In this document: positions 13,969-26,086 of the stretch, piece by piece
Position numbering within the stretch: position 1 is the stretch's first letter
How the letters are laid out: every line of letters begins with the position of its first letter
Origin: Octopus vulgaris
Taxonomy: Eukaryota
Reading direction: 5' to 3'
Assembly (NCBI GenBank): GCA_951406725.2
Contig: OX597836.1
Span: forward strand, 22,072,001 to 22,136,000
Length of the DNA: 64,000 nt
The notes under the pieces: generated by a model
What the model was told of the DNA's origin: nothing
Databases searched by the model: none
What the model saw: the letters and a program-made list of their open reading frames with translations, nothing else
Made by a program: the position numbers and the translations under genes

Positions 13969-14370
13969 AGAGTTTATGAAAAAACAAAAGACGAAGACAG
14001 GTGGTGTACAAAACAAACAGATGTATTAGTATAACGCTCAGGAATAGAAAAAGTCTTTTACGTTTCGAGCCTACACTCTTCTACAGAAAGGGACACAGAA
14101 AAAACAAGGAGAGAAAAAGCAATGTGAACCAACAAACATTGCAGTTGACAGAAGACTATATATATATAGTCAATCCAAACATGAACAAGCAAGAAAAAAC
14201 AACAACATGAGGACGTGGAATAAGTACAGCATTATTGGACGCTCAGGAAAGGAAAGAAAAGAAAGAGGATTTCACGTTTCGAGCAGAGCTCTTCATCAGA
14301 AATATAGAAAAAGTTCAAAGAAGGGAAGACGGAGAAAGAAAATCGCCAAGATACACACGCGGTCACATAT
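13963..14370 (-). mobile_element. Two adjacent (TA)n-flanked Penelope-like fragments, each with a variant minimal hammerhead
   Basis: 14269-14303 rc ATTT-CTGATGA-A-GAGC TCT GCTC-GAAAC-GTG-AAAT; 14055-14090 rc CTTT-CTGTAGA-A-GAGT GTAG GCTC-GAAAC-GTA-AAAG. Confidence 0.65.
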
Positions 14371-14376
14371 TGAAAT

Positions 14377-14573
14377 GACGGTGGGCCAAAAGTCACACAC
14401 AAAATTAGGTTCAATACACTTCAGATTTGCCAAAGACATGCTTCAATTTTTCTTAAATTTAATAAAATGATGAAGAACACACACATACTTGTATATGGCA
14501 AAGAAAAATAATAATGATTATGTAATATAAATAAAAGGTCAAATGTTTTGGTGTGTGACTTTTGTCCCACCCT
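14377..14573. mobile_element. Tc1/mariner-like MITE
   Basis: Terminal inverted repeats ggtgggccaaaagtcacac / gtgtgacttttgtcccacc. Confidence 0.6.
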
Positions 14574-15065
14574 GATTTATATATGTATACACACTCACAC
14601 ATTATAGATGTCAACTTGTTAAACAAGTATGATCATGGCTGACTAAATAAAGTATATACACACACATACATACATCTATATTATCATTATCATTGTTAAA
14701 TGCCTACTTTTCCATGTGTCTGTCAGTCAGATGCCCTTCCTGTTGCCAACCCACACATGTTTTTGGCAAGGTAATGTTTCCCCCCATGGCCAGAAATGTT
14801 TTCCACAGACAACTGGAAATGAGCAATCTCGCTTGCATAACAAGGGTACATACAAACACACAACAGGCTTCTTTGAGTTGTTGTCTACCAAATCCAAGCA
14901 AAAGGCATTAGTCAGCTTAGGGCTATAGAAGAAGACATTTGCCCAAGGTACTGCACCATGGGACTGAACCTGAAACCATGTGGTTGGGAAGCTAACTTCT
15001 TAACCTCACAGCCATGCCCAATTGTTGTTATGTACACCAGCAAAAGACAATAATTACGTAAAGTA

Positions 15066-15453
15066 GGGAGGAAGCACTCCGTCGGTTACGACGACGAGGG
15101 TTCCGGTTGATCCGAATCAACGGAACAGCCTGCTCGTGAAATTAACGTGTAAGTGGCTGAGCACTCCACAGACACGTGTGCCCTTAACGTAGTTCTCGGG
15201 GATATTCAGCATGACACAGAGAGTGACAAGGCCGGCCCTTTGAAATACAGGTACAACAGAAACAGGAAGTAAGAGTGAGAGAAAGTTGTGGCGAAAGAGT
15301 ACAGCAGGGATCACCACCATCCCCTGCTGGAGCCTCGTGGAGCTTTAGGTGTTTTCGCTCAATAAACACTCACAACGCCCGGTCTGGGAATCGAAACCGC
15401 GATCCTATGACCGCGAGTCCGCTGCCCTAACCACTGGGCCATTGCGCCTCCAC
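15066..15453 (-). mobile_element. tRNA-derived SINE family S2 with 12-bp TSD
   Basis: rc head gtggaggcgcaatggcccagtggttagggc..ggtttcgattccc; TSD ttacgtaaagta at 15054-15065 and 15454-15465. Confidence 0.92.
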
Positions 15454-16488
15454 TTACGTAAAGTATGTGATGTGTAGACTAAGTATGTCATGTGTGGACT
15501 GTGTGGCCTCCATGTATTGCTGCCATGTAGAATTTAAAGCTGTTGGTGTCATAACGTCAGTTATATATTACATGGACCCTGTGTGTCATGTCATATGCAA
15601 CTGGTACTTATTATACAAGAAGTATAATACACAAAGACAGTGATATAGTAGAAGTGTGCCAACATAACCAGACCCAAAGGGCTAAAAGGTGTGCAAGAAA
15701 AATCCAACTCCTCTGTTAGCCACATCATCCTCATCATCACCATCATCTTTGTCATTTAATGTCCGTGTTCCGTGCTGGAATGAGTTGGACAGTTTGCCAG
15801 AAGAATGGAAAAGGGAAAAGCTCTTTCACCCCCCATTCTATGACTAAGTAGAAGTGGGTGGGGAGTGGCGTTAGGAAAGAGGGAGTGGATTTATGCCAGG
15901 TATGGAGATGCTGAAATATGACAAAGAGACGAGTACAGGTGTCTTGCTATAGAAGAGATACATGTCTATCCAATATTATATAATGATGAGTAATAGTAAT
16001 TGGGAAGTTGAAGGTAAAAATGTCAGAGATGGGTGCCAGTGTAAACGCATAAGGCACAAGAAGGTGAGCACAAAATGGGAGACAGGCAGTGGATCAGGGG
16101 TAGAAAGGAGAGGATGGGTAACTTCAGATGAGCGTGAAGGGAGAGTAACAGATGGTTAGAGATGGGGAAGGGTTGAGGTGAGCCTAGTGAATGATGAGCA
16201 AGGGTGGAGGTGTGGTTGATGGGAAATACCAGCACGGAGAGGGTATGAGAGAGAAAGCAGAAGCTCAAGAGGAAGGATAGATCAGAAAGTAGGGGCTTAA
16301 TTTTCAAGGTGTAGTTGAGAAAGAGGGGAATATGTAGAGGGTACATAAAGGTGGCTATAATGAATAACATGAGTTGTCCTTGTTCATGCACAAAGAGCAC
16401 AGATTTATAAAGGCAAACCGAGAATGCAAGGCATTAATGCCTTTCTGCTAGGGTATATATAAGAAAGTTTTGTTTTATGCATTCTTAC

Positions 16489-16649
16489 CATTGACATGGC
16501 ATAGGATAAATAATCGAGAATGAGTGCTCGATCGGCTGTTTTATTCAATTCTCTCGCATCCTGATCCAGAGCTTCCTGCATCCACATAATAGTATGGTAG
16601 AAGTCACGTTGGGTATAGGCATAGCGTCCTAGCTCAAAGCATTCTTCGG
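16489..16649 (-). CDS. P4HA: P4HA peptide-substrate-binding (TPR) exon, variant B (putative mutually exclusive exon)
   Basis: 161 nt; ctgttttag| acceptor, |gtaaga donor, phase 1 to 0; (A)EECFELGRYAYTQRDFYHTIMWMQEALDQDARELNKTADRALILDYLSYAMSM. Confidence 0.95.
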
Positions 16650-16931
16650 CTAAAACAGTTAAAGAATTTCAATTGGTGTCACTAAACAACAGCAAAATGT
16701 ATGTTTTCACCATGATGCAGGATTTGCAACATGGTAAATACAAAACAGTTAAAGAATAAAAGACATTTGGCAGAGTTAGATTCTTATTGTGAGGACATGC
16801 AGAAGAGCAAAAGTCCATGCTTGTGTAACAAAGTTTGCCAAAGAGACTCCTAGACCTGAGTGAGTAAGGGTTAGGGATGAAGAAGGGAGACAGTTTCAAG
16901 GGTAGAGGAAAATGTTAGTCAGCAGACTCTG

Positions 16932-17007
16932 TTTATGACCCAGCTCAGAGCATTGTGCACTTAAAACAGTTAAAGATATTAAGTGGCTTCACTAAACTAC
17001 AATAAAA
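16932..17007 (-). pseudogene. Decayed partial duplicate of the 3' splice site and 5' part of exon B
   Basis: ctttaactgttttaa-gtgcacaatgctctgagctggg aligns to exon B ctttaactgttttag-ccgaagaatgctttgagctagg at 311-bp offset (AQCSELG vs EECFELG); upstream intronic sequence is also similar. Confidence 0.7.
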
Positions 17008-19562
17008 GGACAAAAATTCATGCTCGTTTGACTCTTTAGCACTTAAACTAGCCATAATTGGCCGAAATGTTCTGTTTTATGTTCAAGCTGACCAAATTTG
17101 GCCCCTCACACAAACCTTACAATGTCATTCTAAAAATAAACAATCACAAAGCTATAAGATAATGCATGATTAATTCTAAACACTGTGAATAAATAAGCAT
17201 TACATTTGACAGGATCTGAATACTAAAGGGTTAATGCAGTTGGCCAAAATGACTCCTGAAATTGAGTGAGAAAGAAGCAAAACTGAGGGAGGTAAGAAGT
17301 GTTAGTTGGTGGGTTCAATTTAGCTGTTATTATCATGATAAAGGGTTCAATCTAAGAACAAGAGATAAATATATATGTATATATGAGCAAGCACTAAGGT
17401 ATGAATTAGTTTGCATACAAGTTCCATGCACCATTACCATATGACTAATGATGTCACATGACATCAGCAAAAATTATAAACAAGCCAATCGAGGGACTTC
17501 TATCTTGTGATTCAACAAACTAGAAATATCCGAGAAATCTCCTCTCTTAGGTCAGACGTCCTACTGTACTAAAATTATAGGAATAAAAATTTTATAAAAC
17601 TCAAAGAACACAATGGATAATGTAGTCCTAGATACACTATGTCTGAAAAAAAAAACGGGATGTGATGGTTATAGTTGGAAGGTCTTTGATACTAGACATG
17701 CTTGAAAATACGGCTGATCGTCTATTTGATCAAGCTGATTTCAGTTAACAACAGCAATAATACCTATGACAACAATGTGAGAGACCTCTACATGGTTGTT
17801 TTAAAAAAAGCTAGAAATAGCAAAATCTGCTTCAATTCTTGCACAACTGCCTTTAGAAAGAAAGGTCACATATGTATATATATGGTAGGCATATATATGC
17901 ATAAATCTATGAATAGATGCCCTTCTATATTTTTATGTATTTTCTATCTGTATAGAGGTTAATAGTGTGGCAAATTATTATCTTAATACTTATTAATTAA
18001 CACTGATTACAAATCAGCTATTATTAACCCACAAGTATTTATTAACTCACTAATAAGTTCTTGGTAACAACATTTATATGCAGTATTTCCAGGGATAGTT
18101 GAAGAGGGTACTCAGTTGACAATGAAACTCCAACACTGGTTCAGATGATCTCTCATTTTCTGTCCCCGAAGATTTTGTAAATAAAGTGTGTTTACACATT
18201 ACTATGCACACACACATACATGCACACACACATACATGCACACACACATACATGCACACACACATGCACACACAATGCTGATTTTAGGGCACCAGTTCCA
18301 AGCCATCATTGGATCTGTAAAAATTTGTAAAACTTTCATGTCTAGGAAATGCAACTATTATGCATGAGAATATGTACATAAAACAAAACATACAAATTTG
18401 CACATGTACTCTACTCCAAATATTGCACATATACATACATACAGATTGCATGTATACAAGCATACAATCTATAGATATACTTCATAGTATGGCTTAATAC
18501 ATGTGTATATAGGTAATGTAGAATACAGTGTTTTCCCCCTGCAACAGCTTTTAACCCATGGCCTATGACCCAACCATAATTTAACCATGTGTAAATCTAA
18601 GAAAAAAAATCTTTATTACAGTTTTTAATATAGGAAGCAGGGGAGAAGGTTGGTTATGAGTGGTAGTGGGTTTTGCAAGGTTATTAAAGTTAAGGGGTTA
18701 GTTGGAGATATGCTTTGATATGGAGATGGACATACAGATGGACATGTGCAGAGGATTTCAAGGGTTTTTTTTTTCTTGTTATAGATTACGGAAAGAACAA
18801 AAAAATGAAATGCACACTGTTGAAGTTGTCATTCCTAGCATCACCAGTGTTATCATCAGACATCAGCAGCACTGTTATTATAATCATCATTGTTGTTATT
18901 ATCGTCGCCACCTTCATCACCACCACCAACCTTATCACCATCACACAAGCACCACCATCATCATCATCATCATTTCCACCACAAACAACTCCTACAACCT
19001 ACCACCACCACCACCATCATCATTGTCATTTAAGATCACCACTGACACCCCACAACACCACTACCAACACCAATTTCTTTACTACCCACAAGGGGCTAAA
19101 CACAGAGAGGACAAACAAGGACAGACAAACGGATTAAGTCGATTATATCGACCCCAGTGCGTAACTGGTACTTAATTTATCGACCCCGAAAGGATGAAAG
19201 GCAAAGTCGACCTCGCCGGAATTTGAACTCGGAACGTAACGACAGACAAAATACGGCTACGCATTTCGCCCGACGTGCTAACGTTTCTGCCAGCTCACCG
19301 CCTACCAACACCACCATCACCACCATCATCGACGTTGCTATAATCAGCCATTAACATCACAATTGTTATTTATCTAACATCACTATCACCACCATTGTTG
19401 ACCTTAACATTTAAAAGAAAAAAATGTCTGGTCCTACAATCTGTGTACACATATTTTCAATAGGCCATTTACTGCAGTGTTTGTTCTCAGATAATATTTC
19501 TTGGATACTTGCTGCATTAAAAACGCAATAAATATCAGAGGAAGATGAAAATTCATCATCTA

Positions 19563-20025
19563 CTCTGGTGGTTATCAACCTGGGTCCATATAAAATTTCC
19601 TTGTTAAAATTTATCCGCAATAAATTACTTATATTTCTGAAATACACGAAATATTTTAACAATTTTTTTTAATACAATTTCTAACAATATTTAATTATGA
19701 AAATATAATAGGACATTTTTAACCCTTTAGTGTTCACATTCTGCCAAAGTTAAAGCTTTTTTAGCCACATTATTTTGAACTAATCATGCATTATCTTGTA
19801 GCTATGAGATTTTGATGTGGTAGCTGTTAATTTTTAAAACAATATTGTAGGGTTGGTGTGAGAGACCAGATCTAACCAGTTTGAACATAAAACAGGCAGA
19901 ATACTTTTAACCGGATATGGACGGTTTAAATGCTAAAGGGTTAAACATCAAATGGCTATGAGGGTGCATCTGAATAAAGTAGGGACCAAAGGAGCCCATA
20001 GGCAAAAAATGGTTGAGAAACACTG
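19563..20025. mobile_element. hAT-like non-autonomous element with nested piggyBac MITE; related copy about 58754-59072
   Basis: Termini ctggtggttatcaacc / ggttgagaaacactg resemble CAGTGGTTCTCAACC hAT TIRs. Confidence 0.55.
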
Positions 20026-20585
20026 ATCGAAGCAATGCCCGGTGTGAGTGTCAGGAGTATTTTAGCCCTTTTGAGCCTTTTCAGTGGTACAGACTTGTAA
20101 CCAACCACATACCCAGATGAGTGAATTCATTATCTAATATATTTAATATGTTTCAAGCACAGCCAAATCCATTACAGATGTTATGTCAGGACAAATGCTG
20201 CAGTAAATGGCCCATCAACTGTGTATATACATTAAGTATGATACATAGATGGCTATTTTAATTAAATACTGTTTAAATTGCATACACCAGATCCTCATGA
20301 TCATCATCATTGTTTTAATATTTACATTTTCGATGTTTGCATGGAGTGGGCAGAATTTGTTGAGGCTGAATTGCTACAGCTGGATGCCCTTGCTGTTTCC
20401 AAATGAGGTAATAGTTCCTCATGACCAGACATGGTTTCGTGGAAGATTGGAAACAAAAAGAAAACATTCTGCATCACAGTGACATTCATTTACAACCATC
20501 ATGTGATGTTAAGGCTAAAACACAGTAACACATGCACACACACCCACACACATGTATATATATATGGTGTGCTTCTTTCAGTTTC

Positions 20586-20901
20586 GTGGAAGTGCAATGG
20601 CCCAGTGGTTAGGGCAGTGGACTCGTGGTCGGAGGATCGCGGTTTCGATTCCCAGACTGGGCATTGTATGTGTTTATTGAGCAAAAAACACCTAAAAGCT
20701 CTATGAGGCTCCAGCAGGAGTTGGTGGCAAGCCCTGTTGTACTCTTTCGCCACAACTTTCTCTCACTCTCTCTTCCTGTTTCTTGAGTAACGCTGCGATG
20801 GACTGGCATCCCATCCAGCTGGGGGGAACACATACGCCACAGAAACCAAGAAACCAGGCCCATGAGCCTGGCTAGGCTTGAAAAGGGCGACGTTTTTTTT
20901 A
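20586..20901 (+). mobile_element. SINE with S2-type head inserted into an S1 SINE; related copies about 24105-24410 and 3654-3945
   Basis: Head gtggaagtgcaatggcccagtggttagggc; TSD ctttcagtttc at 20575-20585 and 20903-20913; 3' tail differs from the 12930/15066 copies. Confidence 0.85.
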
Positions 20902-21385
20902 TCTTTCAGTTTCTGTTTAACCAAATCTACTCACAAGGCTTTGGTTGGCCTGGGGCTATAGTAGAAGACACTTGCCCAAAGTGTCACACTGAGGGACTAG
21001 ATCTAAAACCATGTGCTTGGGAAGCCAACTTCTTAACCACACAGTCACATCTACACACACACACACATGCATACACAGATTCGTGATTAACTCAAAAAGC
21101 CAACAAGGTACCATTCACCAAAACATCCAACCATGCTGTAAAACCATGATCGCCATTCCTCTAAGCAATCCCCCCTCTCTCTCACACACACACACACACA
21201 CATAAATCCACGACAATGTCAGACACCCAACAAGGTTTCATTCACGAACACCACATCCAGCCTTACCACAAAACCATGATCACCATTCCTCAAAGCAGTC
21301 CAACCACACACATACACGACTATCCCTGTTATGTCTACCACCATTACAACCACCCAATCTCAGACAAGCACACAGCATCACATAC

Positions 21386-21546
21386 CTTAAACGTGGCAAA
21401 AGCCAAATAGTCCAATAAGGCATCTTTATTGATTGTCTTAACCGTTTCCTTATCATAACGCAGCAACGCTTCGTCCATCCACAGTACAGTGTGGTAGAAG
21501 TCATCATCATGATAAGCGATTCTACCAAGTTCGTAGCAGTCTGCGG
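21386..21546 (-). CDS. P4HA: P4HA peptide-substrate-binding (TPR) exon, variant A (putative mutually exclusive exon)
   Basis: 161 nt; branch-like gctaac plus gcttttttccag| acceptor, |gtatgt donor, phase 1 to 0; hand translation (A)ADCYELGRIAYHDDDFYHTVLWMDEALLRYDKETVKTINKDALLDYLAFATFK with no stops; this frame is not shown in the ORF track. Confidence 0.93.
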
Positions 21547-21776
21547 CTGGAAAAAAGCAAGCAGGTAAGCATGCGGTTAGCAGCGAAGGAGGTGGACTGC
21601 TCGGTAAATGAACAGTGGTGGTGGTGGTGGAGAGGGATGGTGGTTAATGAGATTTAAGGCACATAGTTTACAAAAGGGATATGTATGTGTGTGTATCTGT
21701 CTTTGTATGCATATGTATATATATATATATATATATATGCACACACACACAATGTAATATGTATATATAGCAAAAA

Positions 21777-21814
21777 CTGTCTGATGAACGGCAACGAGAA
21801 ACTCAGAGTAACAG
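21777..21814 (+). ncRNA. Minimal type I hammerhead ribozyme motif
   Basis: CTGT-CTGATGA-ACG GCAA CGA-GAAAC TCAGA GTA-ACAG: stem I CTGT/ACAG, short GNRA-capped stem II with A-A at the first position, GUA site; in a short element between (TA)n tracts, followed by AATAAA. Confidence 0.75.
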
Positions 21815-24800
21815 ATTTTGTTGAATTTTCTGCTGCTTTAAATAAAGCATATATGGCAGCCGTAGAAACTCTGCCAGATCAGACTGGAGCCTGGAGCAGC
21901 CCTTGGCTTCCCAGACCCCAGTTGAACCGTCCAACCCGTGCTAGCGCGGAAAACGGACGTTAAACGATGATGATGATGATGATATATATATATATACATA
22001 TACACACACATACATATTTAAAGGGCAATTTAAATTTACCCCTTTAACATTTAGATTACCCTGTCAAATGTAATTCTTCTTTAGTCATACTGTTTTGGAT
22101 TAATCATGCTTTGTCTCATAGCTTCAAAATTTTGATGATATGACTGTATATTTTTAGAATGCCATTGTAAGGTAGATGTGAGAGTCCAGATCTGGCCAGA
22201 TTGAACATAAAACACGTAGAATATTTGGGCCCAATATGGCCGTTTTAAATGCTAAAAGTTAAATTGCCAGAAGAGACACATTGCCAGCTCTTAGAACACT
22301 ATATATATTTGTGTATTTCTGAATGGAAACCAGGAGGAGGACTCATATAGGCCATGTATAAGTTGGCTGGAATCCAGTAAAATTACAAAAGAGTGTTATG
22401 CATCTCTGAAGATTAGACAGTGTAGTTTATCTATATAATTTATATTATATCATTACATCACTAATCATCCTTCTTTGTTAATGAAACACACATAAAATGG
22501 TGGAACTATTTAGTTTACAGTTTTGCCTGTTTTTGATGTGTATGTGTGTGCGCGCATATGTGTATACATGTATTATGGATACCGGCTGAGATCTTTGGTT
22601 AAAAACTTCTCTTTGTAACTCATGTGATTATATTCTTGCTTTACCATCTTAGTAAACAAATGATTCATTTTATGATGTAGTCCTAGAAACATGTATACCA
22701 GAGACTTCAAAAACAATGATGGTTTTGTTATGGGTGGCAAACATTTGATCGTATGTTTGCCGAGTCACAGCCAGCCTAGGCCTGAACACAAACAACAGCC
22801 AATGAATATTAACAGTATGTGGTTGCTTGATCTGCCAAACACAGCTGCTAAATTTCCACCATAATGTAACCTAACATCTAGACAAAGGAAGGCCACCTTA
22901 GACAATGCAGTTCTAGATATGCTGTGTCTGAATAATTGATGAGATGGGATGGCCGTGGATGGAACATCTATGATTATTGGATTGACTAGAGTATAAATAA
23001 TATGTATGCATGCGTAAATATATGTATATGTAGATATAGACATACAAGCACATTTTTGCATACACATTTACTGATACATACATATGCATTTGCATATATA
23101 TATATATATATCATCATCATCATCATATATATATATACACATACATACTCCTACATACATATACACACCAACATACATATATACACTCATACATATATGT
23201 ATATACATACACTCATACAAATCTATATAACTACATTACATACATGCATTTATACAAACCTACATACACACTTGTACACACTTATGTACATACACATGCA
23301 TAAATACATACATATACACACACATACATACACAATCATGCAGACACGCACACATACATAACACTCATAAACACACACACACACAACTATATAGAATGGT
23401 TACCTAAGGAAACCTAGCAATAATCTTCACAAAATCAATGCCATGTTCCTCTAGGCGCTGTCTAGGCTATAGCGACATGTTTGGCTTTTAGATTTCTTTG
23501 TAAAACATCAAGAAATTTCTGTTTTTCTTTGTAGTCAGCAGAACTAACCATTTTCTCTGTGCCGGTTGCAAAGAAAATACATTTTAAATAATATTTCCCC
23601 TGCAGTGATTTTCTTCCTAACAAATATTTCTTCAGCTCTTTTATTTATCTCTCTCCCTCCCTCTTTCTCTCTCTCTCTCTCTTCCTCACAACCTTTCTCA
23701 TTCTCTCCTCTCACCCTCCACAACACATACTCTACACCATGAACTGATAAAGTGGTCAATAAAAACACTGGCAGTCGGTCAGTTACAAGATGTGGCTTCT
23801 AGTTGATCTGATCGACAGAACAGCCAGCTTGTGAAATTAATGTGTAAGTGGCTGAGTGCTGGGCCATTGAAATACAGGTACTACTACTCGACTTTGCCAT
23901 TTGAGTGAATTGGAGCAAATGTGAGATAAAGTGTCTTGCTCAAGGACACAAAGCACCACTGGGATTTGAACTCACAACCTCTTTTGCCGAACCGCTAAGT
24001 TACAGGGACGTACACACAACAGCATTGGTTGTCAAGCGATGCTGGGGGACAAACACAGACATACAAACATACACACACACACACATATATATATATACAT
24101 ATATGTGGAGGTGCAATGGCCCAGTGGTTAGGGCAGCGGACTTGCGGTTGTAGAATCGCGGTTTCGATTCCCAGACTGGGCATTGTGAGTGTTTATAGAG
24201 CGTAAACACCTAAAGCTCCACGAGGCTCCGGCAGGGGGTGGTGGCGATCCCTGCTGTACTCGTTTGCTACAACTTTCTCTCACTCTTTCTTCTGTTGGCC
24301 TGCTTGCTTAGCCAGTGGGGTGGCATCGTTTGAAGGCTAAAACAATGCAAAGTGCATTGTGACCAGCGATGTATAACAACATCTGATAGCCTGGTCGGTC
24401 ACGGTGATCACAGTGCTATCTTTATATATACGAAGGGCTTCTTTCAGCCTCCGTCTACCAAATCCACTCACAAGGCTTTGGTTGGCCCGAGGCTATAGTA
24501 GAAGACACTTGTCCAAGGTGCCATGCAGTGGGACTGAACCCGTAACCATGTGGTTGGCGAGCAAGCTACTTACCACACAGCCACTCCTGCACCTATAATC
24601 TATACAACAAACATACAAAACAATAAAATAACACCAAAAACAGCAAAACAAACCACGCAACAGAGTGAACCCACCCCTCATCCCTGCATATTATGCCTAG
24701 AAGCTCACACAGTACTGCCTACATGCCTCAGGGAAATGGAGTATCTGGTGGCACAGTAACAAACTTGCACAAAACTATTGCAAATATCATGAAGATGATA

Positions 24801-26026
24801 ATGATGATGATGATGATTCTTTCAAATTTTGGCACATCATCATCATCATCATCATCGTTTAAAGTCCGTTCTCCATGCTAGCATGGGTTGGACGGTTCGA
24901 CCGGGGATCTGGGAAGCCAGAAGGCTGCACCAGGCTCCAGTCTTATCTGGCAATGTTTCTACAGCTGGATGCCCTTCCTAACGCCAACCACTCCGTGAGT
25001 GTAGTGGGTGCTTTTTATGTGCCACCTGCACAGGTGCCAGGCGAGGCTGGCAACGGCCACGGTCGGATTGGTGTATTTTACGTGCCACCGGCACGGAAAC
25101 CAGTCGAGGCGGCGCTGGCATCAGCCACGAGTCGGATAGTGCTTTTTACGTACCACCAGACCAGGGATCCTGGCTGGTTCAATTCGATTTCGATTTCGAC
25201 ATGGCTAGTAATTTTATGGGGAAGCTGGGCAAGTAGATTACATCGACTCCAGTGTTCAACAGGTACTCTTTATCGACCCCAACAGGACAAAAGACAAAGT
25301 TGATCCTCTGTAGAATTTGAACTCAGAATATCAAGACCCAGCAGAAGAAAGACTGTCAAGCATTTTGTCCAAAACACTAACGATTCTGGTCGCTCACTGT
25401 CTTAATTACTTCCAATTTTGGAACTCTCTCTCTCTCTGTTACTCTTTTACTTGTTTCAGTCATTTGACTGTGGCCATGCTGGAGCACTGCCTTTAATTGA
25501 GCAAATCAACCCCAGGACTTATTCTTTCGTAAGCGTAGTACTTATTCTATCGGTCTCTTTTGCCGAACCGCTAAGTTACGGGTATGTAAACACACCACCA
25601 TTGGTTGTCAAGCGATGTCGGGGAGACAGACACAGACACACAAACATACACACACACATATATACATATATACGAAGGGCTTCTTTCAGTTTCTGTCTAC
25701 CAAATCCACTCACAAGGCTTTGGTCGGCCTGGGGCTATAGTAGAAGACACTTGCCCAAGGTGCCACGCAGTGGGACTGAACCCGGAACCATGTGGTTCGT
25801 AAGCAAGCTAATTACCACACAGCCACTCCTATGCCTTTTTACGAGGTGGGGAAGATGATTGTTATATTAACCCCAGTATTTGGGCAGCTACTTTATTTTA
25901 TCAACTCTGAAAGGATGAAAGGCAAAGTTGACCTCAGTGGAATTTGAACTCAGAACGTAACAACAAATGAAATGCCACTGTGCATTTTGCCTTGCATGTT
26001 AACGATTCTGCCAGTTCACCACCTTC

Positions 26027-26027
<1 letters not shown>

Positions 26028-26086
<59 letters not shown>

